Program-made: the position numbers and the translations under genes | Notes under the pieces: generated by a model | The model's database searches: none | What the model saw: only the letters and a program-made list of their open reading frames with translations | What the model was told of the DNA's origin: nothing | Part shown: positions 51,468 through 62,616 of the stretch, piece after piece | Position numbering within the stretch: the stretch's first letter is position 1 | Layout of the letters: the number at the start of each line of letters is the position of its first letter | NCBI GenBank assembly: GCA_040902555.1 | Contig: JBBDXC010000008.1 | Location: 34,629-98,628, forward strand | Length of the DNA stretch: 64,000 nucleotides | Source: Dehalococcoidia bacterium | Lineage (GTDB): Bacteria; Chloroflexota; Dehalococcoidia; WHTO01 | Direction: 5' to 3'

Positions 51468-51494
51468 TTAGCACTCAACTAACTAGAGTGCTAA
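51468..51494 (+). promoter_or_regulatory. CIRCE element (HrcA operator)
   Basis: Perfect TTAGCACTC-N9-GAGTGCTAA. Confidence 0.98.
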
Positions 51495-51536
51495 CCTCGC
51501 TTTAGCAACAGATTCACAGGAGGGACCCACCCAAAC

Positions 51537-51863
51537 ATGGCTTCGAAGCTCACACCCTATGGCGACCGCGTCGTCGTCACCGCCGTCAAGGACGAAGAGG
51601 TCCTCAAGAGCGGCATCGTTATCCCCGACACGGCCAAGGAAAAGCCCCTCCAGGGCACCGTCGTCGCCGTCGGCCCCGGCAAGTGGGAAGACGGCAAGCA
51701 GCGCCCCCTCGACATCAAAGAGGGCGACCGCATCCTCTACCGCAAGTACGCCGGACAGGAGTTCAAGCTCGGCACCGACGAGTTCCTCGTCATCGAAGAG
51801 AAGGACATCCTCGGCAAGGTCAAGGTAGACCAGGCCCGCGCCCCCGCAAAGAAAACGAAGTAA
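51537..51863 (+). CDS. groES: Co-chaperonin GroES
   Basis: PYGDRVVV, SGIVIPDTAKEKP, VVAVGPG, YAGQE. Confidence 0.98.
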   Translation: MASKLTPYGDRVVVTAVKDEEVLKSGIVIPDTAKEKPLQGTVVAVGPGKWEDGKQRPLDIKEGDRILYRKYAGQEFKLGTDEFLVIEEKDILGKVKVDQARAPAKKTK

Positions 51864-53492
<1,629 letters not shown>

Positions 53493-53525
53493 CCAACAGC
53501 CAGCAGTCCGCAAATCCGCAACCAG

Positions 53526-53560
53526 GAATCCCCCGCCACAAGGCGGGGGATTCTTTGCGT
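53526..53560. terminator. Intrinsic terminator between convergent groEL and moaD
   Basis: GAATCCCCCGCC-ACAA-GGCGGGGGATTC followed by TTTGCGTTT. Confidence 0.85.
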
Positions 53561-53583
53561 TTATGCCCGCGTTGTGGCCCGCT

Positions 53584-53820
53584 CTAGCCGCCGGCGATGC
53601 CGACCAGAAGCTCTACAGTGTCGCCATCGGCGATGCCCTGGTCGTGGGTGGCCTGGGTGCCGTTGATGACGGCCGTGATGGCTTCGGCGTCGGTGCCGCT
53701 GAAGCCCTCGCGGGCGATCACAGTACCGACGGTCAAGTCGGGCTGGAACTCCAGCTCAAGCTCCTGGGACTTCGACTTTGCCCGCTTGGCCAGCAAGGCG
53801 GTCATCTTGAGCGTGATCAC
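53584..53820 (-). CDS. MoaD/ThiS family sulfur carrier
   Basis: C-terminal GIAGG; directly downstream of AOR. Confidence 0.88.
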   Translation of the reverse strand: MITLKMTALLAKRAKSKSQELELEFQPDLTVGTVIAREGFSGTDAEAITAVINGTQATHDQGIADGDTVELLVGIAGG

Positions 53821-53892
53821 AGGCAGGCCCCAGCGCGCCCAATGGCATCAGCCGTAGCCGCGATCACGGGCACCAAGGTCTCGCGCCGAGCC

Positions 53893-55833
53893 CTAGACCG
53901 TGGCGGGCGCACCTACCCCGATGTACTGCTCCAGGCCCAGTTCGCGCAGCTTCGCCTCCGAGGGCTGCATCGTTACGGTGTCCCAGTCGCAGGCCTGCAG
54001 GAACTCGCGCTCCAGGGTGTCGGTGTCGAGGTCGAAGTCCTTGTGGGGACCCTCGTCCATCGGCATCGTCACCCGCTCGGGCACTGCGCGGGCCATGGGG
54101 TTGTCGCCCTCACGCAGGGCGAACAACAGTCTGAGGTTGGCGATGCGCTCGCCGGCCTTGAGGACCTCCGGGACGTCCATGTCCCAGCCCGTCGCGGCGT
54201 TGATCCAGGTCGGGATCTCGGCGGTGTTGGCCGCCATCATCACGAACTGGCAAAAGCCGACCGAGTTGACGACGTGCATATACTCCGAGGCGCCCTTGTG
54301 GTGCGCTCCGCGGCCCGCCATGATCGTGCGGTCGCCGGGGGGCGGCGGGATCACGCCCATGCGTCGGTTGCCCTCGTACTGGGTGTGGCGGGCCGGGGTC
54401 GGGTCGAGCTTGTAGGTCGTGTAGTACTCGGGCTGGAGGCGCGGGTCGTGCATCGGCAGCTCCGAGCCGCCCACGTGCATGGCGTACTGCTCGCTGCCCT
54501 TGCCGATGCGCTCGGCCGCGACCTTGACGCCGTCGGCCAGGACATCGCCGATGCCCTCGCGCTTACCCATCAGCTTGAGCAGCTCGATGATCGCCTTGTC
54601 GTCGCCCCAGCGCAGCTCGAGGCCGCCGGTGTCCTCGGTCGTGAGGATGCCGTTCTCGAAGCATTCGACGGCGAAGGCCGTCGCCACGCCGGCGCCGATG
54701 ACGTCGAAGCCGTACTCGTTGCAGAGGTGGTTGGCGTAGGTCAGCGAGTCGAGGTTGTTGTTGAGACTCATCGTGCCGAAGGAGGCCATCGTCTCGTATT
54801 CGGCGCGGTGGGTGTGCTTCGGGTAGGGGTAGTCGGGGTTGTCCGACTCGAAGCTCTCGGCACCGCAGGATAACGGGCAGTGCCAGCAGCCGTAGGTCTT
54901 CTCCATCTTCTTGTTGTGCTCGTCGCCCGTCAGGGTGGCGACGTCGGGGAAGTCGCGAGCGCCAACGCCGCCCCAGTTCTTGACCGGGGAGTCGCCGTTG
55001 TGGGCCGAGCCGGCGGTGATGCCGGGGGTGCCGTAGGTGTGGAAGAAGTCGGCCAGGGGCTTGATGAACTCGCCGAGGCCGGTCTTGGTCAAGGAAAGGA
55101 TGGCGCGGACCTGCTTGTCGTTGGCCTGGTTGGGCAGGCCGAGGGTGATCTTCTTCGAGGCCTTGACGGCCACGGCCTTGAGCATCTTCGAGCCCATGAC
55201 GGCGCCCACGCCCGAGCGGGCCGCCAGGCGGCCGTGGTCGTTGCAGATGCCGCTGATCAGCGAGAGCTTCTCGGAGGCCGGGCCGATGACGGCGGCCGTC
55301 GAGCCCTTACCATAGCGCTCGATCAGGGTCTTCTCGGTCGTGATGGCGTCGACGCCCCAGAGGTCTGAGGCGTCCTTGAGGGCCAGCTGGTCGTCGAGGA
55401 CCTCGAGGTAGACCGGCTTCTCAGACTTGCCGAAGAACATGAGGCCGTCCCAGCCGGCGTGGCGCAGGTAGGCGCCGAAGACGCCGCCGCAGTTGGCGTC
55501 GCCCCAGCCGCCGTGGAGGGGAGACTTGCAGACGGCCTGCCAGCGCTGCCCGAAGAGGGGAGTGCCGGTGAGGAGTCCGGGGAAGAGGCCCAGCATGTTG
55601 TCGGGGCCGAGGGCATCGGCGCCTGCGGGGATGCGGTCGAGGGCGAGCCTGGCGCCCACGCCGTAGCCACCGAGGTGCTGGCGGTAGAAGTCGTCGTCGA
55701 AGTGCTCGACGGTGATCTCGCCTGTGGTGAGGTTGATCGAGGCCATCTTGCCGCTGAAGGCCTTTTCGATAGGCCCCTCGATGGTCATGGTTGCGCCGTT
55801 GGTGCTGCCGTTGGTCCCGTTGCCGTCCGCCAT
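53893..55833 (-). CDS. Aldehyde:ferredoxin oxidoreductase family (tungstopterin) protein
   Basis: AARSGVGAVMGSKMLKAV, CWHCPLSCG, EYET, HLCNEYGFD, HDPR, GFCQF. Confidence 0.93.
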   Translation of the reverse strand: MADGNGTNGSTNGATMTIEGPIEKAFSGKMASINLTTGEITVEHFDDDFYRQHLGGYGVGARLALDRIPAGADALGPDNMLGLFPGLLTGTPLFGQRWQAVCKSPLHGGWGDANCGGVFGAYLRHAGWDGLMFFGKSEKPVYLEVLDDQLALKDASDLWGVDAITTEKTLIERYGKGSTAAVIGPASEKLSLISGICNDHGRLAARSGVGAVMGSKMLKAVAVKASKKITLGLPNQANDKQVRAILSLTKTGLGEFIKPLADFFHTYGTPGITAGSAHNGDSPVKNWGGVGARDFPDVATLTGDEHNKKMEKTYGCWHCPLSCGAESFESDNPDYPYPKHTHRAEYETMASFGTMSLNNNLDSLTYANHLCNEYGFDVIGAGVATAFAVECFENGILTTEDTGGLELRWGDDKAIIELLKLMGKREGIGDVLADGVKVAAERIGKGSEQYAMHVGGSELPMHDPRLQPEYYTTYKLDPTPARHTQYEGNRRMGVIPPPPGDRTIMAGRGAHHKGASEYMHVVNSVGFCQFVMMAANTAEIPTWINAATGWDMDVPEVLKAGERIANLRLLFALREGDNPMARAVPERVTMPMDEGPHKDFDLDTDTLEREFLQACDWDTVTMQPSEAKLRELGLEQYIGVGAPATV

Positions 55834-56047
55834 TTATGTGTGCCTTCCGTTCTGTTTCGGTTGTGCTTGGGGTATCGAGAGTATAGTGAGGCCCGCTTTT
55901 CAATGGCGACATGTCGCTGCCGGCACATCGGGTTGTGGCCCGGAGGTAGAGAACGGTCCCGCCGCCCGCCCACCTCACACCCTGGCCCCTCGCAGAGTCG
56001 CCTCTGGAGACCTCTCCGCAAGCAGAGAGGGGGAAAAGGCGGCGGAC

Positions 56048-56329
56048 CTAGACGTCCCGGATGGCGTCGAGGAGGCTCAGGTTCGCCACGCTGAACAGCC
56101 AGACGACGAAGAGGAGCTCCACGGCGGTGATCAAAATAGGCCAAGTCAGCCGGCAGGTACCGTCGGGGCAGGTGAGCGCGGTGTGCCAGCGCGAACCCGC
56201 CACGAGGGCGAAGAGGGCAGCCACGGCAATGGCAACGCTGACGAATACCAGGATCACGAGGGTCAACCCCAGGGCTGCGCAGAGCGTGGGGCGAACCCAC
56301 TCGGGTTGACGCGTGCTGGATTGAATCAT
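56048..56329 (-). CDS. Small membrane protein (two TM helices, CPDGTC loop)
   Basis: ATG 56329; hydrophobicity pattern. Confidence 0.55.
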   Translation of the reverse strand: MIQSSTRQPEWVRPTLCAALGLTLVILVFVSVAIAVAALFALVAGSRWHTALTCPDGTCRLTWPILITAVELLFVVWLFSVANLSLLDAIRDV

Positions 56330-56483
56330 CGGTAACCCACCTGCTTTACTGGTGCCATCTGTCGTAAACATCGGCCGGCTCTTTGCGTGAGCCGAACAAC
56401 CTGATTTGATCATCGGCTTGATTGCACGGAGTCTGACCCGCCGAGGGACGATTTCCTCGGAGCAATGGGTGCCCACCAATATC

Positions 56484-56734
56484 GGGGGCGGGTTGCGATT
56501 TGATGCCGGCCGCTTTGTGCTCCGAGATCGGTCTGCAACCCGCGCCCTACGTGGCAATCTGAACCCGCCGAGCGACCTTGAGAGGTGCTCGAAGTTAGGG
56601 CAGGTATCACGAGTTGGTTTCCCTCGGCTGGGCATCTCCGGAAATGCCATCGGGGTGGCAAACGCAGCAGGGCGGGCAGGTGTCTTGGCTCGTATTGAAG
56701 CGAGGGTTGGATGGCCTACGACACCTGCCCTACA
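56484..56734 (-). repeat. Cluster of GTAG-REP-like elements, including long copy 2
   Basis: 56484-56550 (-) GTAGGGCGCGGGTTGC...GCAACCCGCCCC; 56667-56734 (-) GTAGGGCAGGTGTCGTAGGCCATCCAACC...CCAAGACACCTGCCCGCCC. Confidence 0.75.
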
Positions 56735-56783
56735 TGGGATTGAAGCGCCACGCGGGATTGAGCGCTGCGCTGATCTGCGCTGA

Positions 56784-58133
56784 CTAGCGTCGCCGGCGCT
56801 GGCTCCAGCCGCGGGTCGCCGGGCGGCGTGGGGGCGGGGCGCTGGAGGGGCCGTCGCGGCGCAGCGAATCGGCCGAGAGTATGTAGCGGGAGTTCGAGCG
56901 CACGACTGCGGGAGGCGCCTCCTCGCGCGGCGGCTGCCACGAGGGGAGGTCGAGCAGGCGGGGGTCGTCCGAGGCCATCGCCACGATTTGCTGGCGGACG
57001 CCCTCCTGGCGGCGCATGCCACGCACCTCGGGGATCTGGCCGGGGAGGACGAGGGTGACCACCATGCCGGTCTCGCCGGCGCGGGCCGTGCGGCCCGAGC
57101 GGTGGAGATAGGTCTTGTTGTCCTCGGGCGGGTCGTAGTGGAGGACGGTGTCGATGGCGTCGATGTCGAGCCCACGGGCGGCGACGTTGGTCGCGACCAA
57201 AGCTACCACCCTGCCTTCGGCGAAGGCTGCCAGCGCGCGGTCGCGCTGGCCCTGGCCGAGTCCGCCGTGGATTGCCTGCGCCTTGAGGCCCTCGCGCTGG
57301 AGGTCGCGGGCCAGGCGGTCGGCGCCGCGCTGCGTCCTTACGAAGACCAGCGTCCGCGCCGAGCCGGTGCAGATTGCTACGGCAACGCGGAGCTTGTCGT
57401 CTTCGCGGACCTGGATGAAGCGGTGCTCCATCGTGTCGACCATTTCCGTCACCGAGATGACGGAGTGATAGACCGGGTCGTGCTGGTAGCGGCGGACGAG
57501 GGCGCCAACGGCGCCGTCGAGGGTGGCTGAGAAGAGGAGGGTCTGGGCCTGGTTAGGGACGAGCCGCAAGATGGCCTCGACCTGGGGCAGGAAGCCGATG
57601 TCGGCCATGTGGTCGGCTTCGTCGATGACTACGGTCTCGACGTCCGACATGACCAGCTCGCGCTGGCCGAGAAGGTCGTTGAGGCGGCCTGGTGTCGCGA
57701 TGACGATCTCGACGCCGCGCTGTAGCGTTGTGCGCTGATGGCCGAAGCCGACACCGCCGTAGACGCTGAGGCTGCGCAGGCGGCGTACCGCGGCCAGCGG
57801 TGACAGCACGGCCTCGACCTGCTGCGCCAGCTCGCGGGTGGGTACGAGGACGAGGGCGCGGGGCCGTCTGGGCGCTGCGCGTTCTGTGCGCTCGATCATC
57901 GGGATGCCGAAAGCCAGGGTCTTGCCGGAGCCGGTCTGGGCCTTGCCACAGACGTCGCGGCCGGCGAGGGCGTCGGGGATGGTGAGGGCCTGGACAGGCC
58001 AGGGCTCGTGGATGCCGGCCTTGTCGAGGGCGGCTACGAGGTCGTCGGAAACACCGAGGGAGGCGAAGCTGAGGTCATCGTCAGGGGCTTCGGGGGGGTT
58101 GCCCTTACCTATGGGAATGGTTTGGGTCGTCAG
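56784..58133 (-). CDS. DEAD/DEAH-box RNA helicase with non-canonical start (CTG 58133 or ATT 58118)
   Basis: Q motif FASLG..PWPVQ, AQTGSGKT, PTRELA, DEAD, SAT, HRSGRTARAG. The track ORF (from 57899) misses the Q motif and motif I. Confidence 0.92.
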   Translation of the reverse strand: MTTQTIPIGKGNPPEAPDDDLSFASLGVSDDLVAALDKAGIHEPWPVQALTIPDALAGRDVCGKAQTGSGKTLAFGIPMIERTERAAPRRPRALVLVPTRELAQQVEAVLSPLAAVRRLRSLSVYGGVGFGHQRTTLQRGVEIVIATPGRLNDLLGQRELVMSDVETVVIDEADHMADIGFLPQVEAILRLVPNQAQTLLFSATLDGAVGALVRRYQHDPVYHSVISVTEMVDTMEHRFIQVREDDKLRVAVAICTGSARTLVFVRTQRGADRLARDLQREGLKAQAIHGGLGQGQRDRALAAFAEGRVVALVATNVAARGLDIDAIDTVLHYDPPEDNKTYLHRSGRTARAGETGMVVTLVLPGQIPEVRGMRRQEGVRQQIVAMASDDPRLLDLPSWQPPREEAPPAVVRSNSRYILSADSLRRDGPSSAPPPRRPATRGWSQRRRR

Positions 58134-58267
58134 GGGTTTGTTACTCCGTTCTGGGGATGTGTGGCTGCCCTCGAGGCAACCAACACAAACGGACGGAGCG
58201 GCGAGGGTAGGCCCTGTACATAACAGGTACAGTTCGCTTTCAGTCTAACAGGTTGAGCTCGAGCGCC

Positions 58268-58792
58268 TTAGTTGCCCTTGCGCTTGTCGAAGTCCGAGAG
58301 GTCGAGGCTTTCGATGAAGTCGCGGAAGGCGGACATCTTCTTCAGCTCTTCCTCGTCGACGACGTTGGCGGATTCGGCCTGCTTCTCGTTCTCGTCGATG
58401 CGCACGCCGGCGGTTTCCAGGACGGACTCCTCGGCGAAGATCGGCACGCGCGAGCGGACGGCGAGGGCGATGGCGTCGGACGGCCGGGAGTCGATCTCGA
58501 GGCTGCGGCCATCGATGTCGAGGATGATGCGGGCGAAGAAGGTGTCGTTCGAGAGGTCGCTGACGACGATGTAGGCCACCGTGGCGCCCAGCTGGTCGAT
58601 GACCGCCCGCAGGAGGTCATGGGTGAGGGGGCGGGCCACGGCCACGTCTTGCAGGCGGACGGCAATGGCGTCGGCCTCGGCCGGGCCGATCCAGATGGGC
58701 AGGAAGCGATCGGATTCCTTCTCCTTGAGAATCACCACGCGCTGATAGTTCATCAGGCTGACGCGGATGCTCTCGATGGACATCTCGATCAA
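58268..58792 (-). CDS. Bifunctional nuclease (DUF151/BFN) family protein
   Basis: TTG 58792 with GGAGG RBS; LPIWIGPAEA, RPLTHDL, IDSRPSDAIALAVR. Confidence 0.93.
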   Translation of the reverse strand: MIEMSIESIRVSLMNYQRVVILKEKESDRFLPIWIGPAEADAIAVRLQDVAVARPLTHDLLRAVIDQLGATVAYIVVSDLSNDTFFARIILDIDGRSLEIDSRPSDAIALAVRSRVPIFAEESVLETAGVRIDENEKQAESANVVDEEELKKMSAFRDFIESLDLSDFDKRKGN

Positions 58793-58875
58793 GACTAGGT
58801 TTCCTCCCGCGGCCCCTCCGGGGTATCGGCAAGAATAGCTTAACCGACTAGCTGGGCGACATCGTTCGCCTATTA

Positions 58876-58907
58876 AACGGGGGCTGGCCGGCACGGCCAG
58901 CCCCGTT
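58876..58907 (-). terminator. Intrinsic terminator after the DUF11 gene
   Basis: Near-perfect 14-bp GC-rich stem followed by TTTAAT on the minus strand. Confidence 0.7.
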
Positions 58908-58923
58908 ATCGCTGCCGGCGGCG

Positions 58924-60169
58924 TCAGCCCGGTCCCAGCCCGACGAAGATTGAGACGGTGTCCTGGTCGTCCTCCATGGCGTTCTGGTTGTCCGGCGTCG
59001 AGTCCGGGTCGAACTCGTCCGACAGCACCACTTCGGCGGTATTGTCGATCGCTCCGGCCCCGGCCCCCGCCGTACGATTAGCAATAGGTCCCGGACAACC
59101 GCCGCCCAGCCCACGGAGCGCAGTCCCCGCGCCCTCGCACACTGTTCCCGTAATCGTCAGGGTGGCGCCAGCCCCACTGGCCAGGCTGCTGAGGTTCCAT
59201 TGCACTTCGCCTGTAGAGGTGGTAACCGTCGCGCTGCCAGCGGAGGGCGTGGCCTGGAGCGAAGCCCAGGTGAACTCTGATGGGATGAAGTCGACAACCC
59301 TGACCCCGTGCGCCGCGTCGGGGCCGCTGTTTGTCAGCGTGATCGTGTAGGTTACCTGGCTGCCCGCGTCCGGGGTTGAGTCGTCGACCTCCTTGGTCAG
59401 TGAAAGGTCGGCGATGGCCCTGCGGTTGCGGAAGCGGCACTTGACGAGCTCGCCCGGGTCGAGGTCGATGGACGCGGTGAAGGAGGGCGGGTCTGTGCTG
59501 CTCTCGGCATCGCGGTCCTCGCAGGTGATCAACTTCAGCGTCCAGCCGTCCACAGGTGCCTCGATGACGTTGAAGTCACCCGGTGTGAGGCCGGTGAAGA
59601 CGATACGTCGCGGAGGGTCACCGGAATCGCTCTCGTCGAGGGTGAAGTTTCCGAGGTCGCCGCTGAAGGAAAAGCCCTGGGTGTCGTCAGGCAAACTGTT
59701 CTTGCGGATGACGATTGTGCCCTTGGTGGAGCTGCGGAAGCGGCACTCCACGGTTTCCCCAGCCGCTAGATCGATTCGAAACCTGGAGGTTGGCGAGGTC
59801 GACGGTGGTGCCACCGCTGGGGTCCAGACAGCGGATGCTGATTGGACCCCAGCCCGCCAGCGCCGCCTCTGTGACGACGTAGGTGCCGTCAACGAGAAAA
59901 TCGAACCGGCGAGACTGCCGCGGCGTGACACTGGACGGGTCCTCATCGAGGGTGAAATTGCCGAGGTCGCCGCTGTAGGTGAAGTCCTGGGGGTCGTCGG
60001 GCGAGACCAGCTTGGCGATGATGATCGTGCCGCCGCCACCTGGGCCGCGTCCACCTGCCTCGGCTTTCTGGCTACCCATAGAGATGACGCCTGCCGAGGC
60101 GAGGAGCATGAGCGCGAGCCCGGCGAGGGATGCCAGGGCTGCGATTTTGGGGAGGGCTCTTCGTTTCAT
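58924..60169 (-). pseudogene. Secreted protein (two prealbumin-like/SpaA repeats plus DUF11) split by a +1 frameshift near 59776
   Basis: Signal peptide and repeat 1 in one frame (59687-60169); repeat 2 and DUF11 (ADLSLTK..VTYTITLTNSGPD) in another frame. Confidence 0.8.
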
Positions 60170-60217
60170 ATGACCACCGGGTCGCTCGACCCGCACCTCT
60201 CGTAGCGGGAAGGCTAG

Positions 60218-61576
60218 TCAAGGGAAGGCCTTCGCGCCAACTTCCTCGCGTCTGCGGATGAAGCGCCGCTCGACGAGGATGCTGATCGCCGCGGCGATGG
60301 CGATGATTCCCCCTACGCCGACCAGGACCACACTCACCCCCAACCAGTCGGTGATGCCGCCGACGATCAGAAGCGGCAGGATCGAGACGACGTTGGCGAA
60401 GCTCAGTTGCGTGGCGAAGACCTGGCCGCGGATCTCGGGGGGCGTGCGCTCGTGGAGGATGGTCTGGGCCGGGGAGTTGACCAGGGCGTACGCGAGCCCG
60501 ATCGGCGCCGCGATAGCCATGCTCAGCGCGGCGAGGATCGAAAGGCCCGCTAGCCGCTCCGGGTTCTCGCGATAGGGGTCGACCAGCTTCCACTCGGCCA
60601 GCAGCTCGCCAATTGGCTCGACCAGCGCGAGCAGGATCACGCAGATCCCGATGCCGGCGAGTCCGATTACGGTGACCCGCTGCTTGGGCAGGCGCGCGGT
60701 GAACCAGGGAAGGGCGCGCAGCCCGATGAGGGCGCCGATGCCCGTGGGCGCGAAGACGATCACCGCCTGGTCGGGGTCCAGGTCGAGGACGTCGCGCAGG
60801 AAGCGCGGGACGAGGATCGAGAAGAGAAGCACCAGCGTCGCGCTCAGCGTCAACTGCCCCACCGCCAGGCCCACCTCCGGGTCGCCCCGCAGCAGCTCGC
60901 CGCCGCGTCGCAGCTCATCGCCCAGCCGATTCCAGAGTTGTTTTGGTCCCGCAGCTGGGCCCTCCCGACGACGCTCGGCGTCCGGCACGGCGAGGCCCGC
61001 CAGGGCGGCGAGGGCGTAGAAGCCCGCCACCACGCCGAAGACGACGTCGGCGTTGAAGCTGATCAGCAGGAAGGGCGCCACGATCACCAGCCCGGCGAAC
61101 TGCGAGATCATCAGCGTGAAGTTGAAGATGCCGTTGGCGGAGACCAGGTGCTCGCGCCGCACCGCGCTGGGTATGAGCGATATCTGTGCCGGCGTGAAGA
61201 ACTGCGAGAAGGTCGAGAAGGCCAGCGTGTTGAGGTAGATCAGCAGCAGGTCGTCGCCAACCAGGATGTAGGCCGCGCAGGCCGCCCCGCGCAGGACACT
61301 GATGACCACGAGTACGCGGCGCTTGTTCCAGCGGTCGATCAGCAGCCCGGCGACGACGCCGAAGAGCAGCGAGGGAATGATGAAGGAGAAGACGAGGATG
61401 CTGGTGTTGAGGCTGGAGTCGGTCTCGCGCAGGACGAGGATCAGGAGCGTGAAGAGGATCGTGCTCTGCCCCAGCTGGGAGAGCGCTTGAGCGATGAAGA
61501 GGGAGATGAAGCGCGGGTTCTGGAAGAGGCCGCCGGTCTCGCGTGGGGCGTCCGGGGCCTCGGCCGGCGCGGTCAT
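60218..61576 (-). CDS. MFS transporter
   Basis: ATG 61576; 12 TM helices; GLLIDRWNKRRVL, FFTPAQISLIP, RGQVFA. Confidence 0.92.
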   Translation of the reverse strand: MTAPAEAPDAPRETGGLFQNPRFISLFIAQALSQLGQSTILFTLLILVLRETDSSLNTSILVFSFIIPSLLFGVVAGLLIDRWNKRRVLVVISVLRGAACAAYILVGDDLLLIYLNTLAFSTFSQFFTPAQISLIPSAVRREHLVSANGIFNFTLMISQFAGLVIVAPFLLISFNADVVFGVVAGFYALAALAGLAVPDAERRREGPAAGPKQLWNRLGDELRRGGELLRGDPEVGLAVGQLTLSATLVLLFSILVPRFLRDVLDLDPDQAVIVFAPTGIGALIGLRALPWFTARLPKQRVTVIGLAGIGICVILLALVEPIGELLAEWKLVDPYRENPERLAGLSILAALSMAIAAPIGLAYALVNSPAQTILHERTPPEIRGQVFATQLSFANVVSILPLLIVGGITDWLGVSVVLVGVGGIIAIAAAISILVERRFIRRREEVGAKAFP

Positions 61577-62616
61577 GGCGCGGCCGGCTGCTTCTCCTCG
61601 CTGGCTGCCCGCTCGAGGAAAGCCACGATCCGCCGCTCGACCCGCGTGCGGTCGAGCATGACGTGGCGGCCGCAGCTTGCGCAGCGCAGGCCGATGTCGG
61701 CGCCGATGCGCGTGACCTCCCACTCGTCTGCGCCGCAGGCGTGGGGGTTCTTCAGCCTGAGGCGATCGCCTGGACGCAGGTCCATCGGCGCCTTGACCTG
61801 CCGCTTGATCACCTGAGCGTCTCGAACAGCATTGATCGCGTCCCGGAGTTCGGTCGCCACGCGGCGTGCCGCTTCGGCGAAGTCGCTCCCGCTGGAAGCG
61901 TAGAGCACCTGCCGCGAAGCATTGAAGAGCCCGCCTGTCCCCCGTCTGTCCAGCGAGGCGGCGACCGCAGCCTCAAGCTCGCCGCCCTGGGGGCCGAGGC
62001 CAGGCACCAGGATGCTCAGGTCGGGGGCCAGCTTGCGGATGGCGCGGGCCTCTTCGGGGTAGGTGGCCCCGACCACCAGGCCCAGGTTGCCATCGATGCT
62101 GCGCGCGGCGGCCTCCCTGGCGACAGCTTCATAAAGCGGCTCGTCTCCCATCCGCAGATCCTGGAAGTCGCCCGCCCCAGGGTTGGAGGTACGACAGATC
62201 AGGAAGGCCGTTTTGCCCGGCCGCAGGAAGGGCTCGACCGAGTCGAAGCCCAGGTAGGGGTTCACGGTGACGGCGTCGAAGCCCCAGACGTCATACATGG
62301 CGCGGGCGTACGCGGCAGCCGTGTTCGGTACATCACCGCGCTTGGCGTCGCCGAGGACGGGTATGCCACTGGGGACCATTTTGACGGTCTCAGCGAGTGC
62401 CGCGTAACCCTGCGCGCCGAGCGCCTCGTAAAAGGCGATGTTGGGCTTGTAGGCGCAGACGAGATCTTTGGTCGCCTCGATGATTTCGCGGTTGAAAGCC
62501 ACGATTTCCTCGATGGGCATTTGCTCAGGGTCTGGGTCAAGGCCCACGCAGAGCAGCGAGCGGTTGGCGAGGGAGGTTTCGCGCAACTTTTGTTGGAAGC
62601 TCGTCGCGTCAGTCAT
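61573..62616 (-). CDS. pyrF: Orotidine-5'-phosphate decarboxylase fused to a C-terminal DUF951 domain
   Basis: CVGLDP, YKPN, DAKRGDVPNT, LVPGLGPQGG, NASR; tail LRPGDRLRLKNPHACG..WEVTRIGADIGLRCASCGR. Confidence 0.92.
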   Translation of the reverse strand: MTDATSFQQKLRETSLANRSLLCVGLDPDPEQMPIEEIVAFNREIIEATKDLVCAYKPNIAFYEALGAQGYAALAETVKMVPSGIPVLGDAKRGDVPNTAAAYARAMYDVWGFDAVTVNPYLGFDSVEPFLRPGKTAFLICRTSNPGAGDFQDLRMGDEPLYEAVAREAAARSIDGNLGLVVGATYPEEARAIRKLAPDLSILVPGLGPQGGELEAAVAASLDRRGTGGLFNASRQVLYASSGSDFAEAARRVATELRDAINAVRDAQVIKRQVKAPMDLRPGDRLRLKNPHACGADEWEVTRIGADIGLRCASCGRHVMLDRTRVERRIVAFLERAASEEKQPAAP

